This document shows, in pieces, positions 9,603-18,275 of a stretch of DNA of 64,000 nucleotides. Positions within the stretch are counted from its first letter, which is position 1; each line of letters opens with the position of its first letter. The DNA comes from Vulcanimicrobiota bacterium. GTDB taxonomy: Bacteria; Vulcanimicrobiota; Xenobia; Xenobiales; JADMJV01. The notes under the pieces were generated by a model. It saw nothing but the letters and a program-made list of their open reading frames with translations. It searched no databases and was not told the DNA's origin. A program made the translations under genes and the position numbers. The stretch lies in NCBI GenBank assembly GCA_023447635.1, contig JAEXNA010000221.1, positions 4,063-68,062 of the forward strand, given 5' to 3'.

Positions 9603-10502
9603 ATGCAACGTCGACAGTTTCTCAGCGGCCTCCTCGGCCTGGCCGGATGGGCTCTGACCGCTCAGGGAAGGGCGTTCGCCGCCGCCCAGAGCCTTCCGGG
9701 GCTCTCCCGGGTCGTCGGTAGCGACCTCGACTATCAAGCCGTCGAAGGCGATAGCCTGCTTTCCATCGCCCAGAGCCACGGGTTGGCCATCGAACACCTG
9801 GCCTTTGCCAACGGCTTCGCAGTGTCGGCCGCCCAGGTCGTCCCCGGCACCACTCTGCGCCTACCCAGACGTCGCATTCTGCCGCTCGATCCGCCGGCGG
9901 ACGGACTGGTGCTCAACGTCCCCGAACGGGGCCTGTACCGCTTCTCTCAGGGTGGGTTCCAGGAGTTCCTCCCGGTTGCCGTGGGCGCCCCGCCCGACAC
10001 CCTGACCCCCCTGGGTCAGCACACCGTGGTGGAAAAGGTGGTCGATCCTACCTGGTACCCGCCGTCCTGGGCGGCCGACCGTCGGCCCGTGCCGCCCGGC
10101 CCCGACAACCCTCTGGGCGACCGCTGGCTGGGCCTGTCCGCTCCCCGGGTCGGCATTCACGGCACGAACAACCCGATCAACGTCGGCGGGTCGGTCACCC
10201 ACGGCTGCATCCGCTGCTACCCCGACGACATCCGCCGCCTGTTCACCAACACCGCCGTCGGGACGACCGTCCGCATCGAATACGAAACGGCCAAATGGGG
10301 ACGGGACAGCAGTGGGACCCTCTATCTGGCCAACTTCCCGGACCTTTACGGCCGCTCGGACTCGGTAGCTCGAGCGGGCAAACTGCTGAAGGGAGGCCCC
10401 GCCCAGGCCCTTCTGAGCGACCCGAACTTCCGGACCAAGCTGCAGATGACCCTGGGCTTAGCCCTCGATCTCGACGCGGAACTAGGGCGAGTTCAGGGGT
10501 AA
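9603..10502 (+). CDS. L,D-transpeptidase (YkuD) with LysM domain, Tat-type signal
   Basis: RRQFLSGLLGLAG twin-arginine signal; LysM-like EGDSLLSIAQSHGLAIEHLAFANG; YkuD catalytic HGTNNP...GSVTHGCIRC. Confidence 0.8.
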   Translation: MQRRQFLSGLLGLAGWALTAQGRAFAAAQSLPGLSRVVGSDLDYQAVEGDSLLSIAQSHGLAIEHLAFANGFAVSAAQVVPGTTLRLPRRRILPLDPPADGLVLNVPERGLYRFSQGGFQEFLPVAVGAPPDTLTPLGQHTVVEKVVDPTWYPPSWAADRRPVPPGPDNPLGDRWLGLSAPRVGIHGTNNPINVGGSVTHGCIRCYPDDIRRLFTNTAVGTTVRIEYETAKWGRDSSGTLYLANFPDLYGRSDSVARAGKLLKGGPAQALLSDPNFRTKLQMTLGLALDLDAELGRVQG

Positions 10503-10780
10503 AAAGGCTTGACCAAAAGATGACCCTTCAGGCTAAAACTACGAACTATACCCTGCCCTTCCCTGGACACCAACCTGGACAAAACCGGATTCCGACCTGG
10601 AAATCTCCCAAATGGAGAAGCCCGGTCGACCCAGCGCCAACATCTACCCTGGTAGTAGTTGGGATAGGATCCAGCCGAGGGGTACCTCCCCGAGGATGTT
10701 CCGACCGCCCCCCAGGGACGGTGGGATACCGGACCGACGTTCCGTTGAATAGGGTGGGGAAGGACGGGGGGACCGGCACG

Positions 10781-11230
10781 CTAGGTGTCCTGGCTCCAAG
10801 AATAACTGGAAAGAATCTGAAAGGTATGTTGCTCCGCTTCCCCCGTCACGAACATCTCGCCCACCCTCAGCCAGGCGTGGGCCTCCAACCCTTCCTCGCT
10901 AGGATGGCGACGGACGCCCAGCGACAAGGTATGCGGCACGCCCTCCCGCTTCAGCAACGAGGCGGCCGCCAGGGCGCGATTCAGGCAGTTGGCGTTCCAG
11001 GGCACCCGGTCCGCCAACCCGTTCACCACCCTGGCGACCCGCTGCACCGCGACCGGATCGCTCGCGTCCGGCGCCGCCGGACCGCCCAGAACTCCCAGCC
11101 GACCGGACCAAAACCGGAACGGTAAGCTCAGCACCACAGCCCGCCACACCGCCAGCAGCAGCAGCGCCCGCAGCGCCATCGCTCGCTCGGGTCGGGGCAA
11201 AGCCCAAAATCTCTTCAAGGAACTCCCCAT
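10781..11230 (-). CDS. lasso-peptide B2-like transglutaminase-fold cysteine protease (cassette 1)
   Basis: NCLNRALAAASLLKREGVPHTLSLGVRR...EAHAWLRVGEMFVTGE: Cys...His(AHAW) pattern of lasso B2 / transglutaminase-like proteins. Start at ATG 11230 (MGSSLKRF) rather than 11299. Confidence 0.55.
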   Translation of the reverse strand: MGSSLKRFWALPRPERAMALRALLLLAVWRAVVLSLPFRFWSGRLGVLGGPAAPDASDPVAVQRVARVVNGLADRVPWNANCLNRALAAASLLKREGVPHTLSLGVRRHPSEEGLEAHAWLRVGEMFVTGEAEQHTFQILSSYSWSQDT

Positions 11231-12384
11231 TGAACCACCTTCTTCCCCAGGCGACGCCGGCCGACACCGCCACCGAGAACCTTCTCGCCGTACTGTCACG
11301 CCACGCCCCTGACCGCTCGTTCTCGTCCGCCGATTGGCGGGGGATAGAGCAGGCGGCTCGGCGCTATCGGGTAGCCGGGCTCACCCTCGAGCGGCTTCGC
11401 CGGCACGGCCTATCGGCCCCGGCCGAAATCGACGCCGCCCTGCGCGACGAAGGCCGCGCCCTGGCTGCTCGGGCCGCGGGCAACTGGTGGCTATTCGACG
11501 GGATAGCTGCCGCGCTCACCGCGGCGGACATCCCCTTCATCCGCCTCAAGGGGTCCCACCTGGCTCGCTGCGTCTACGAAAGCCCCAGCCACCGCTTCCA
11601 GCGCGATTTCGATATTCTGGTGCACAAAAAACATCTGAACCAAGCTCAGAGCCAGATCGAGGCCTTAGGGTTCTATCGCAGTCAGGATTTCGAAGGCTAC
11701 AACCTGACCTTCAAACGAGACGGCGTGCCTTTCAGCCTAGAGCTCCATTGGGACGTCCAGCGTCGGCCCTGGCTGTTCGACATAAAGGTCTCCGACCTGT
11801 GGCAACGAGCCGAGCCGGCTCCGGATGGCCAGGGACTGCGCCTTTCCCTGGAGGATGAGATCGCCTACCTTTGCCTGCACCTGTCCAAACATCGCTTTTG
11901 GAACGAAGTCATTCCGATGCTAGATATTTTAGAGCGGCTCCACGTCCAGGGAGAAAGAGTCTGCTACTCCTCTCTCAAGCGTCGGTTCGAAGATTGGCAC
12001 GCACGGAAACCCGCCGCGCTGGTCCTCTCGGTGCTCACGAAGCTTTTCCCTCGAGATACTCCGACCGAGCTTTCCCGGCTGCTCCCGCATCCTCCGTCGG
12101 CTCTCACGAACTACGCCTGCTGGCGTGTCAGCGCCCCGGACGATAGAAACTTAGAAGACCGCAAGCGCATGGTCCGAATCGCGACCTATCGCAAGCATCA
12201 GCGCCTTTGGTCCTCACTCCTGGACAGCGAACCAGGGAAGCCTCGGCGCTCTCGAGGAGAGAAAGTGGCACTGTTATTCGGCAAACTTGGGCGCCTGGGC
12301 CGCTCATTGACCCTGGCAGTTACCGGCGGCCGCCTCGAACGGACGCGCCTGTCGCTGGAAAAGGAGCTCTGCGAATGGTGCTAG
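11230..12384 (+). CDS. uncharacterised nucleotidyltransferase family protein (NTP_transf_5-like) of HprK-related cassettes
   Basis: TTG start in track. FDILVHKKHL (DxD-like) and a paralogue at 26961..28127 with GDLDLWL. Stop overlaps the kinase gene start by 10 nt. Confidence 0.5.
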   Translation: MNHLLPQATPADTATENLLAVLSRHAPDRSFSSADWRGIEQAARRYRVAGLTLERLRRHGLSAPAEIDAALRDEGRALAARAAGNWWLFDGIAAALTAADIPFIRLKGSHLARCVYESPSHRFQRDFDILVHKKHLNQAQSQIEALGFYRSQDFEGYNLTFKRDGVPFSLELHWDVQRRPWLFDIKVSDLWQRAEPAPDGQGLRLSLEDEIAYLCLHLSKHRFWNEVIPMLDILERLHVQGERVCYSSLKRRFEDWHARKPAALVLSVLTKLFPRDTPTELSRLLPHPPSALTNYACWRVSAPDDRNLEDRKRMVRIATYRKHQRLWSSLLDSEPGKPRRSRGEKVALLFGKLGRLGRSLTLAVTGGRLERTRLSLEKELCEWC

Positions 12385-13316
12385 TCACGCGTTCCACCTA
12401 TCGCGCCTTCGGGCGGAATATCTCCAGCGACCTCGACCTCCCCGAACTTCAGCCCTCCGAGGCGTCCCGGGCCTCGACCGACCTCACCATCAGCCTGGCC
12501 TCGCTCGGCGCCCCCGGGCCCCAGGCGGGCGAACCGGGGCTGCTTTACCCCTGCGGCCCCGACGCCTATCGCCTGGACGTGGCCGATGTCGGCAGCTACC
12601 TGATTCGGCAGAGCGGCCGGGAGATTCTGGTCGATCCGCTGCCCGGGGCAGCACCCGAAGTCGTCCGTATCTTTTTGCTCGGCTCGGCGCTGGGCACAGC
12701 GCTGCATCTTTCCGAAGGTCTGGCGCTGCACGCCAGCGCGGTCGAAATCGACGGTCGGGCCGTCCTTTTTGTGGGCGACTGCGGCGCCGGCAAATCGACC
12801 ACCGCCGCCGCCTTCGTCCAGCGCGGCTACCGAATGGTGGCCGACGACGTGGCCTATCTCACCCTCGAGTCGGGCCGCCCTCTGGTCCACCAGGGTGTGA
12901 AACGGATCAAGCTCTGGCAGACCTCGGTCGACGCCCTGGACCTGGAAGGGGCCGACCTGACGGGCGTGCACCCCGACTACCCTCAGCGTCGCTCGCTGGC
13001 CGTGGCCGACCGCCAGACCAGCGCGGTCCTGCTCGGCGCCGTCGTCGTCCTGACGCCCGGCCCGGAGAGGTCGGTTCGCCTCGAAAGGCTGCACGGATTA
13101 GCCGCGCTGTCGGCCCTGGTGCAGAACACCTATCGCCCCTCCTTTGTCGCCACCCTGGGGCAAGGCGCCGCCCATATGGCCAAGGTGGCCACCATGGCCC
13201 AGGGCCTGGCCGTCTACCGACTTCACCGCCCGGACCAGACCATGTCCATCGACCCCGTCGTCCAGGCCACCATCACCCAATTCAGACACAGCCCAGAAAA
13301 GCGAGGAACCCGATGA
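12375..13316 (+). CDS. HPr kinase/phosphorylase-related P-loop kinase (HprK-like RiPP kinase), cassette 1
   Basis: ATG 12375 preceded by AAGGAG. P-loop HASAVEIDGRAVLFVGDCGAGKSTTAAAF, typical of HprK C-terminal-domain homologues. Confidence 0.65.
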   Translation: MVLVTRSTYRAFGRNISSDLDLPELQPSEASRASTDLTISLASLGAPGPQAGEPGLLYPCGPDAYRLDVADVGSYLIRQSGREILVDPLPGAAPEVVRIFLLGSALGTALHLSEGLALHASAVEIDGRAVLFVGDCGAGKSTTAAAFVQRGYRMVADDVAYLTLESGRPLVHQGVKRIKLWQTSVDALDLEGADLTGVHPDYPQRRSLAVADRQTSAVLLGAVVVLTPGPERSVRLERLHGLAALSALVQNTYRPSFVATLGQGAAHMAKVATMAQGLAVYRLHRPDQTMSIDPVVQATITQFRHSPEKRGTR

Positions 13317-13591
13317 ACGCCACTGCCAACACCTTGACCTTGACCCGAACCGAAGTCCCCCGCTGCGACCTGGACGGCGAAACCGTCCTGTTCAGCCCGC
13401 TCGACGGCTCCTACTTCGGCCTCAACGCCGTCAGTTCGCGCATCTGGGACCTGCTGGAAACCCCCACCACCCTGACCGCCATCTGCGCAGCCCTGGGCAA
13501 AGAGTTCGATGTCGACCCCACCGTCTGCGAAGAACAGACCGTTGCCTTCCTCAGCCGCCTCGAAGCCGCCGGTCTTCTGCGCCGCGCCTAG
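13313..13591 (+). CDS. PqqD-family peptide chaperone (RiPP recognition element / lasso B1-like), cassette 1
   Basis: 92 aa; ...GETVLFSPLDGSYFGLNAVSSRIWDLLETPTTLTAICAAL...AFLSRLEAAGLL matches the PqqD/RRE pattern; start overlaps kinase stop (ATGA). Confidence 0.6.
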   Translation: MNATANTLTLTRTEVPRCDLDGETVLFSPLDGSYFGLNAVSSRIWDLLETPTTLTAICAALGKEFDVDPTVCEEQTVAFLSRLEAAGLLRRA

Positions 13592-13674
13592 CGCCGCACT
13601 CACCGCCTCAAAATCTCGAAACTCTCCGTGGAAAAAAGAAAGGAAACGCGCCGGACCCGGCGCTGGAAATAACC

Positions 13675-13752
13675 ATGAAACGCACCTGGATCACCCCCGA
13701 AATCACCAAACTCGAAATCAAAGAGACCGCCACTCACCCGATCGGCTCCTAG
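13675..13752 (+). CDS. candidate small peptide (25 aa) with lasso-leader-like motif, ends in Ser
   Basis: MKRTWITPEITKLEIKETATHPIGS. W-x-x-P-x-I resembles the YxxPxL leader motif; C-terminal Ser; only 6 residues after the putative T(-2)A site. Weak RBS. Confidence 0.2.
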   Translation: MKRTWITPEITKLEIKETATHPIGS

Positions 13753-13766
13753 ATGACGAGAAAAAG

Positions 13767-13797
13767 AATAAGGACGGCTGACTCAGCCGTCCTTATT
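13767..13797 (-). terminator. rho-independent terminator (14-bp perfect stem, 3-nt loop); T-tract on minus strand, terminates the FecR-like gene; may act bidirectionally
   Basis: AATAAGGACGGCTG-act-CAGCCGTCCTTATT; minus strand continues CTTTTTCTCGTC; 21 nt after the stop of 13819..14655(-). Confidence 0.5.
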
Positions 13798-13818
13798 CTG
13801 CGAGCAAGGTTCGTAGGG

Positions 13819-14655
13819 CTAGTTGTGAGCCGAACAGCAAGCGTCGCGACGCAGGATGCTATTCGGCGAATAGATAGCGGCGTCGACGTCCTGGATCGTT
13901 GCGCCGGCCAGGGTCTCGCCGGTCACGGTGCCGCTGCTATCACCGCCGCCACCCGCCAGAAGGGCCAGCAGACCGGCTCCGAACGAACCGCCCAGCGCCG
14001 GGAACAAGGAAAAGCCGGAACCGCTCGAGGCCGCGCTCGACGAAGAAGCGGACTTCTTCTTGGGCGCTTTGCCCTTGGCACCAGAGGTGGCCTTGTCAGC
14101 GGCCGGCACATGCTGCTCGGTCGAGGCATAGGCCAGGGCCAGCGAAGCGCCGTCAACGCCGGCCGGCAGTTCGCCGGCCAGCGGGTACTCGGCGGACGAA
14201 CCGTCCAGTCCCACCATCTTCGGCTTCCCCTCGATCACGCTCAGCGAGGCGCCATCGCGGTCGGTCGAGACGATGAACTCTCCGCTCTCGGCAACCGTGC
14301 TAGAGCCCGTCGTATGAATCTCGACCGGGGCGGTGGCTCGCGCCATCACGCGACCGCGGTGCAACAAGACTTCGGCGCTTTGCGAACGACCGACGACCAA
14401 CTCGCTGTTCGGGGCCATGCGTACCATGTTGCCGTTGTCGAAGGCCAGGGTCAGTCCACCCTCTCCGGTGCGCAGGGTGCTGCCTTCGGCGATCGGGCCA
14501 GCCTGCAAGCGGCTCCACGAGCCTTCCCCGGTCTGCCGCAGCGCCTGTCCGCTAACCGACTGGGCCACACAGCCGTGAGCCTCGTCGGCCGCAAACGAGA
14601 TCTGGCCCGCACAGAAGGTGGCGATGGCGATTCCTGCGATAATTCTACGATTCAT
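13819..14655 (-). CDS. FecR-domain secreted protein with Lys/Ser-rich linker and Gly-rich hydrophobic C-terminal segment (paralogue of 8645..9592)
   Basis: Signal peptide MNRRIIAGIAIATFCAGQISFA; FecR-like GSTLRTGEGGLTLAFDNGNMVRMAPNSEL; C-terminus ...SGFSLFPALGGSFGAGLLALLAGGGGDSSG.... Confidence 0.5.
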   Translation of the reverse strand: MNRRIIAGIAIATFCAGQISFAADEAHGCVAQSVSGQALRQTGEGSWSRLQAGPIAEGSTLRTGEGGLTLAFDNGNMVRMAPNSELVVGRSQSAEVLLHRGRVMARATAPVEIHTTGSSTVAESGEFIVSTDRDGASLSVIEGKPKMVGLDGSSAEYPLAGELPAGVDGASLALAYASTEQHVPAADKATSGAKGKAPKKKSASSSSAASSGSGFSLFPALGGSFGAGLLALLAGGGGDSSGTVTGETLAGATIQDVDAAIYSPNSILRRDACCSAHN

Positions 14656-14742
14656 GGTGTTCTCCCCAGGTAGCGGTACAAAGTCGTTCCGGTCGCATTC
14701 TTGTGCTCGCGAGACGCTCCTGCAGAAATAAGAGCTTCAAGC

Positions 14743-17220
14743 TTATTTCGTCGCCTTCTTGCCGGCTTTCAGCAGTCGAAGCCGCGACGCCGCCGTTCGG
14801 TTCTGCGGCTCCAGACGCAGCGTCGTCCGGTAATAGTTCAGCGCCAGCTCGCGAGAACCCAGCGACTCGTACACCTCGGCCAGCGCTTGATTTAGCTCGA
14901 CCGCGTCCGGGTTGCTCGCCAGCCCCTCCCGCAGCACCGAGATGGCGTCGGCCCCACGCTCTTCCTTCAGGTAAAGCTTGGCAAGCTCGGCGCGAACCAG
15001 CGTGTCGCCGGGATGCTCCTCGACGTGCATGGCCAGGCGGTCTCGCACTCGCCCAGCCTTGCCAGCGCTTATCCCCAGCGCCGCCCAACGCACCAGCAGC
15101 CGGTCCTCGCAATAAGAATGGTCCGCCGTCGAAGTCTGCGCCTGCGAAACCAGCAAGTCCAGAGCGGAATATTCCGCGCTCTCCCCAGAAAGCTGGCCTT
15201 TGGCCGCCGCCAAGTCGACCTTGGCGCAAAGGTCCTCTGGCACCAGACGAACTTTCAGCCCTAGAAGCGACGCCGCAGGCTCCCAGAGCTTGCGTTCCTG
15301 GGCCAGCGCGACGCCTTCGTCCAGGACGACCGAGAAGTCTTCGGCTGACCGGCCCGAGAGCCCCAGAGCGTAGCGCGCTGTGCTTCCCGGCTCTTTGATT
15401 TCGGCCGCCACCAACAGCTGGGCCAGAGTCATCTTGCGGCGGCGGTCGTTCCCAGGCGACTCCAGAAGCGCAACCGCGCGGGCGAAATCCCCCTCTTGCA
15501 TCGCCACCGCCGCCTGACGTTGGGCAACCAGCGCGCTGCCGGGGGCGACCGCCTTGGCCCGCTCCAGCCATGGCGTCGCCTCCCCCGGGCGGCCGGCCCG
15601 GGCCAGAATATCGGCCAGCTGCAGATACACCGCCAGATTTTCCGGGCTATGCTCCAGCCCGGCCTCCAGCTGAAGTAGCGCCCGATCGATGTAGTCTTTG
15701 TCTTCCGTGAAAGCGGCCAGCTTCCGATAGTTCTCCGCCGCCTGCTGCCGGGTCAACGTTCGTTCCGGCATCCAGCGCACCGAAGACTCCATCATCGTCG
15801 CCGCTTGGTCCAGATCCAGCGCCTCGATCTGCACTAACGCCTGGGCTCGAAACCCCTCGCTGACCAGCGCCCTCACCCCGAAGACGGCCGTCCATCCTCC
15901 AAGGATCAGCGCGACCACGCCCATCCCAACCGCTTGATATCGTCGGACCGCTGCCGGCTCCCGCGGGGGAAGCGCCCAGATCAGGCTGAACAAGGCCACT
16001 TCCCACCACAAGGTCGGCAGCTTGCTCACGATAAAATTAAAGCAGCTAAAGACCGCGGTCGCCACCAGCGCCATAGCCATCCCGCAGGCCTCGAACGAGC
16101 GCGAGCGGTCGCGGTAGCACTGAGTCAGACGATGGCAGGCGCTCACCCAGAGGGCCAGCCACAGCAACGCTCCTACTATCCCGGTCTCGACCGCCGTTTC
16201 GATAAAATCGTTATGAGCCAGGTCGAAATGGTCGTTAAAACCGGGCTGGCGCACCTTCTGGTAGGCCATCCCAAACGCCGCCGGGCCGCAGCCGAACACG
16301 GGGTAGAGCAAGGCTCCTTTGGGGCCGTCGCGCAGCAACTGCAGGCGCTGGGTTTCCTGGCTGATAATGTCGGTGTTCAGGCTGCGCAAGATGCGCTCGA
16401 GCCCCATCAGTTCGAACTGGGTTAGTAAGACCAGACCAAAGAGCACCGACATTCCCGCCCCGGCTAGAAGAAGCTGGTCTCGGCGCGAGTTCTTTCTGGC
16501 CACCAGCAAGGCCGCAAAGACGACGGACCCGACGGCGACCCCTAAAAAAGCCGCTCGGCAGCCCGTGGCCACCAGGGTCGCAGCGAGAACGACACCTTCG
16601 ACCAGCAGCAGGCGCCACAAAGCCTTCGACCGCTCTTTCAGCAGAGCGCAGGCCACGGTCAAACCGAACATCGGAATCACCGAGAACAGGTCACGATTCT
16701 CGAAAACGCCGGAAACGTAGCGAAAGCGGCCGTAGTCCGCCGCCTCGCGAAACGCCTCCGGCCAGGCCGCCAAACTGATCATGGTCGCCAGGAGCACGAA
16801 CAGATGGGCGCAGCGCCGCCACTCCCGACCGCTGACGATGCAGCTTCGCGCGACCAGAACAAAAGCACCGGCCGCACACAGCGAAGCCACAGCGCGCTCA
16901 CTAAGGTAGGCGTCCAGACTCTGCAGCCCGCTGACCGCGCACCAGACCAGGTAGAGAAAGAACAACGGCTGACCGGGGTGAAAGGCCCGAGCGTTCCCTG
17001 CACCACGAAAGGTGGCGATCGCTGCCAGCATGGACAAGACTCCGCCCGCCATCAGCGGCAGGCCCGGAACCAGATGGGTACTGTGAATCGTGATCGGCAG
17101 CGCCAAGAGCGCCAGGCAGACCCACCAGGTCTTCGGCGCTCGAAGCCGGTCCCAGAAGCCTTCCCCTCCCTCGCCGCCGCGGGGGCTACGGCTTCGGCGC
17201 GAGCGGGTCACGGGGCCCAC
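14743..17220 (-). CDS. O-antigen ligase (Wzy_C)-like membrane protein with C-terminal TPR repeats (paralogue of 5517..7925)
   Basis: FDLAHNDFIETAVETGIVGALLWL signature, polytopic N-terminal half, TPR-like C-terminal half. Confidence 0.6.
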   Translation of the reverse strand: MGPVTRSRRSRSPRGGEGGEGFWDRLRAPKTWWVCLALLALPITIHSTHLVPGLPLMAGGVLSMLAAIATFRGAGNARAFHPGQPLFFLYLVWCAVSGLQSLDAYLSERAVASLCAAGAFVLVARSCIVSGREWRRCAHLFVLLATMISLAAWPEAFREAADYGRFRYVSGVFENRDLFSVIPMFGLTVACALLKERSKALWRLLLVEGVVLAATLVATGCRAAFLGVAVGSVVFAALLVARKNSRRDQLLLAGAGMSVLFGLVLLTQFELMGLERILRSLNTDIISQETQRLQLLRDGPKGALLYPVFGCGPAAFGMAYQKVRQPGFNDHFDLAHNDFIETAVETGIVGALLWLALWVSACHRLTQCYRDRSRSFEACGMAMALVATAVFSCFNFIVSKLPTLWWEVALFSLIWALPPREPAAVRRYQAVGMGVVALILGGWTAVFGVRALVSEGFRAQALVQIEALDLDQAATMMESSVRWMPERTLTRQQAAENYRKLAAFTEDKDYIDRALLQLEAGLEHSPENLAVYLQLADILARAGRPGEATPWLERAKAVAPGSALVAQRQAAVAMQEGDFARAVALLESPGNDRRRKMTLAQLLVAAEIKEPGSTARYALGLSGRSAEDFSVVLDEGVALAQERKLWEPAASLLGLKVRLVPEDLCAKVDLAAAKGQLSGESAEYSALDLLVSQAQTSTADHSYCEDRLLVRWAALGISAGKAGRVRDRLAMHVEEHPGDTLVRAELAKLYLKEERGADAISVLREGLASNPDAVELNQALAEVYESLGSRELALNYYRTTLRLEPQNRTAASRLRLLKAGKKATK

Positions 17221-18161
17221 CGGTAGTCAGCCACCAGGGCGCGATGGTCCGATCCGACATCCACCGTCCAGGCTCGCAAAGGGCGAAGCTCGGATGGCGA
17301 CATCAGATGGTCGATTTTCAGAATCGGGAACGCCGCGGGATAAGTGTAGCCGTACCCCACACCCGCCGTGTCGTACGCTTCTGCTCTTCCCGAAAGAAGA
17401 TATTGGGCCAGCGGGGTACCCAGCGGCGCGTTGAAATCGCCGCCGACCAGGGCGGGCACGGAATACGATTTTAGCAGCTTCAGGATCGTCTCGCCTTGCC
17501 TTTGCTGTTCGGACACGGTGGCTTCCAGGTCGACCGGGCGAAATCCGAACTGTTTCAGGCCGTGCAGGTTCGCGACCACAAGCCGACGCCCTTTCCCTTC
17601 CACGGTGACCATCTGCACGCAGCCTTCTCGAGAGTTTTGCTGGTCCACCACCGGCAGCTTCGTTGCCACGAAAAGGGACATGCTATAATGCTTGGCGTGT
17701 TCCGTCTCGGGCGGCTCGCCGGACACGAAAAGATAGCCATCCAAGGCGCCCTGGATCTGCTCCAGATGCCCCTTGGCCCACACTTCCTGAAGGAGGATGA
17801 CATCAGCGTTCAGGTCGGCCAGGCCGTGACCGACCTTATTCAGGTTGCTTTTCCACGACCCCACGTTGACCGTCACGACCCTTAATGACGCCATCTCGCC
17901 TTTCTCGCCCCCCCAACGAAAGCCCATCAGCGGCCCTACGGTCACGGCCAGCAGCAAAAGCGACAGCCATCCTATTTTGGGGCTCCGAAAGACCAGGGCG
18001 ACGACGGCCCCTGCAATGGGGCCAGACAAAAAGAGGAAGCCGGGCAGGTAGACCACCGCCAGGACGGGCCAGGGCCCCTCGATAGGCCAGGCCCGCACGG
18101 ACCAGGCAGCAAGGTAGAAAAGGAGCATCGAAAGGGCCCACCCGTTTCCCCGCCTTCTCAC
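17208..18161 (-). CDS. endonuclease/exonuclease/phosphatase (EEP) family protein, membrane-anchored
   Basis: N-terminal TM helices; VVTVNVGSW..., GGDFNA..., GSDHRAL EEP motifs. Confidence 0.55.
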   Translation of the reverse strand: MRRRGNGWALSMLLFYLAAWSVRAWPIEGPWPVLAVVYLPGFLFLSGPIAGAVVALVFRSPKIGWLSLLLLAVTVGPLMGFRWGGEKGEMASLRVVTVNVGSWKSNLNKVGHGLADLNADVILLQEVWAKGHLEQIQGALDGYLFVSGEPPETEHAKHYSMSLFVATKLPVVDQQNSREGCVQMVTVEGKGRRLVVANLHGLKQFGFRPVDLEATVSEQQRQGETILKLLKSYSVPALVGGDFNAPLGTPLAQYLLSGRAEAYDTAGVGYGYTYPAAFPILKIDHLMSPSELRPLRAWTVDVGSDHRALVADYRWAP

Positions 18162-18275
18162 CTTACGCGAAGCGCTCCATTCCTACACGGGGTCGGGATA
18201 GCTCTTACCATCTCCTTCCCAAAGGATATCGCGCGGCTCATCGGAACAAATGGACTACCGAGGGTTCGGGGATTT

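Noticed and set aside
10503-10780. 278-bp intergenic region with small ORFs (10546..10779 minus, 77 aa) and GC-rich palindromic bits; considered tRNA, precursor peptide or small RNA
   Set aside because: No cloverleaf/T-loop (GTTCRANYC) features; small ORF translations lack leader-like motifs or hydrophobic cores; cannot support a feature from sequence alone.
12207-12374. Upstream extension of the HprK-like kinase ORF
   Set aside because: Overlaps the nucleotidyltransferase C-terminus; ATG 12375 has a good AAGGAG RBS and yields a normal kinase N-terminus.
13753-14673. 306-aa plus-strand ORF
   Set aside because: Antisense to the FecR-like gene, Arg/Gly/Ala-rich low complexity.
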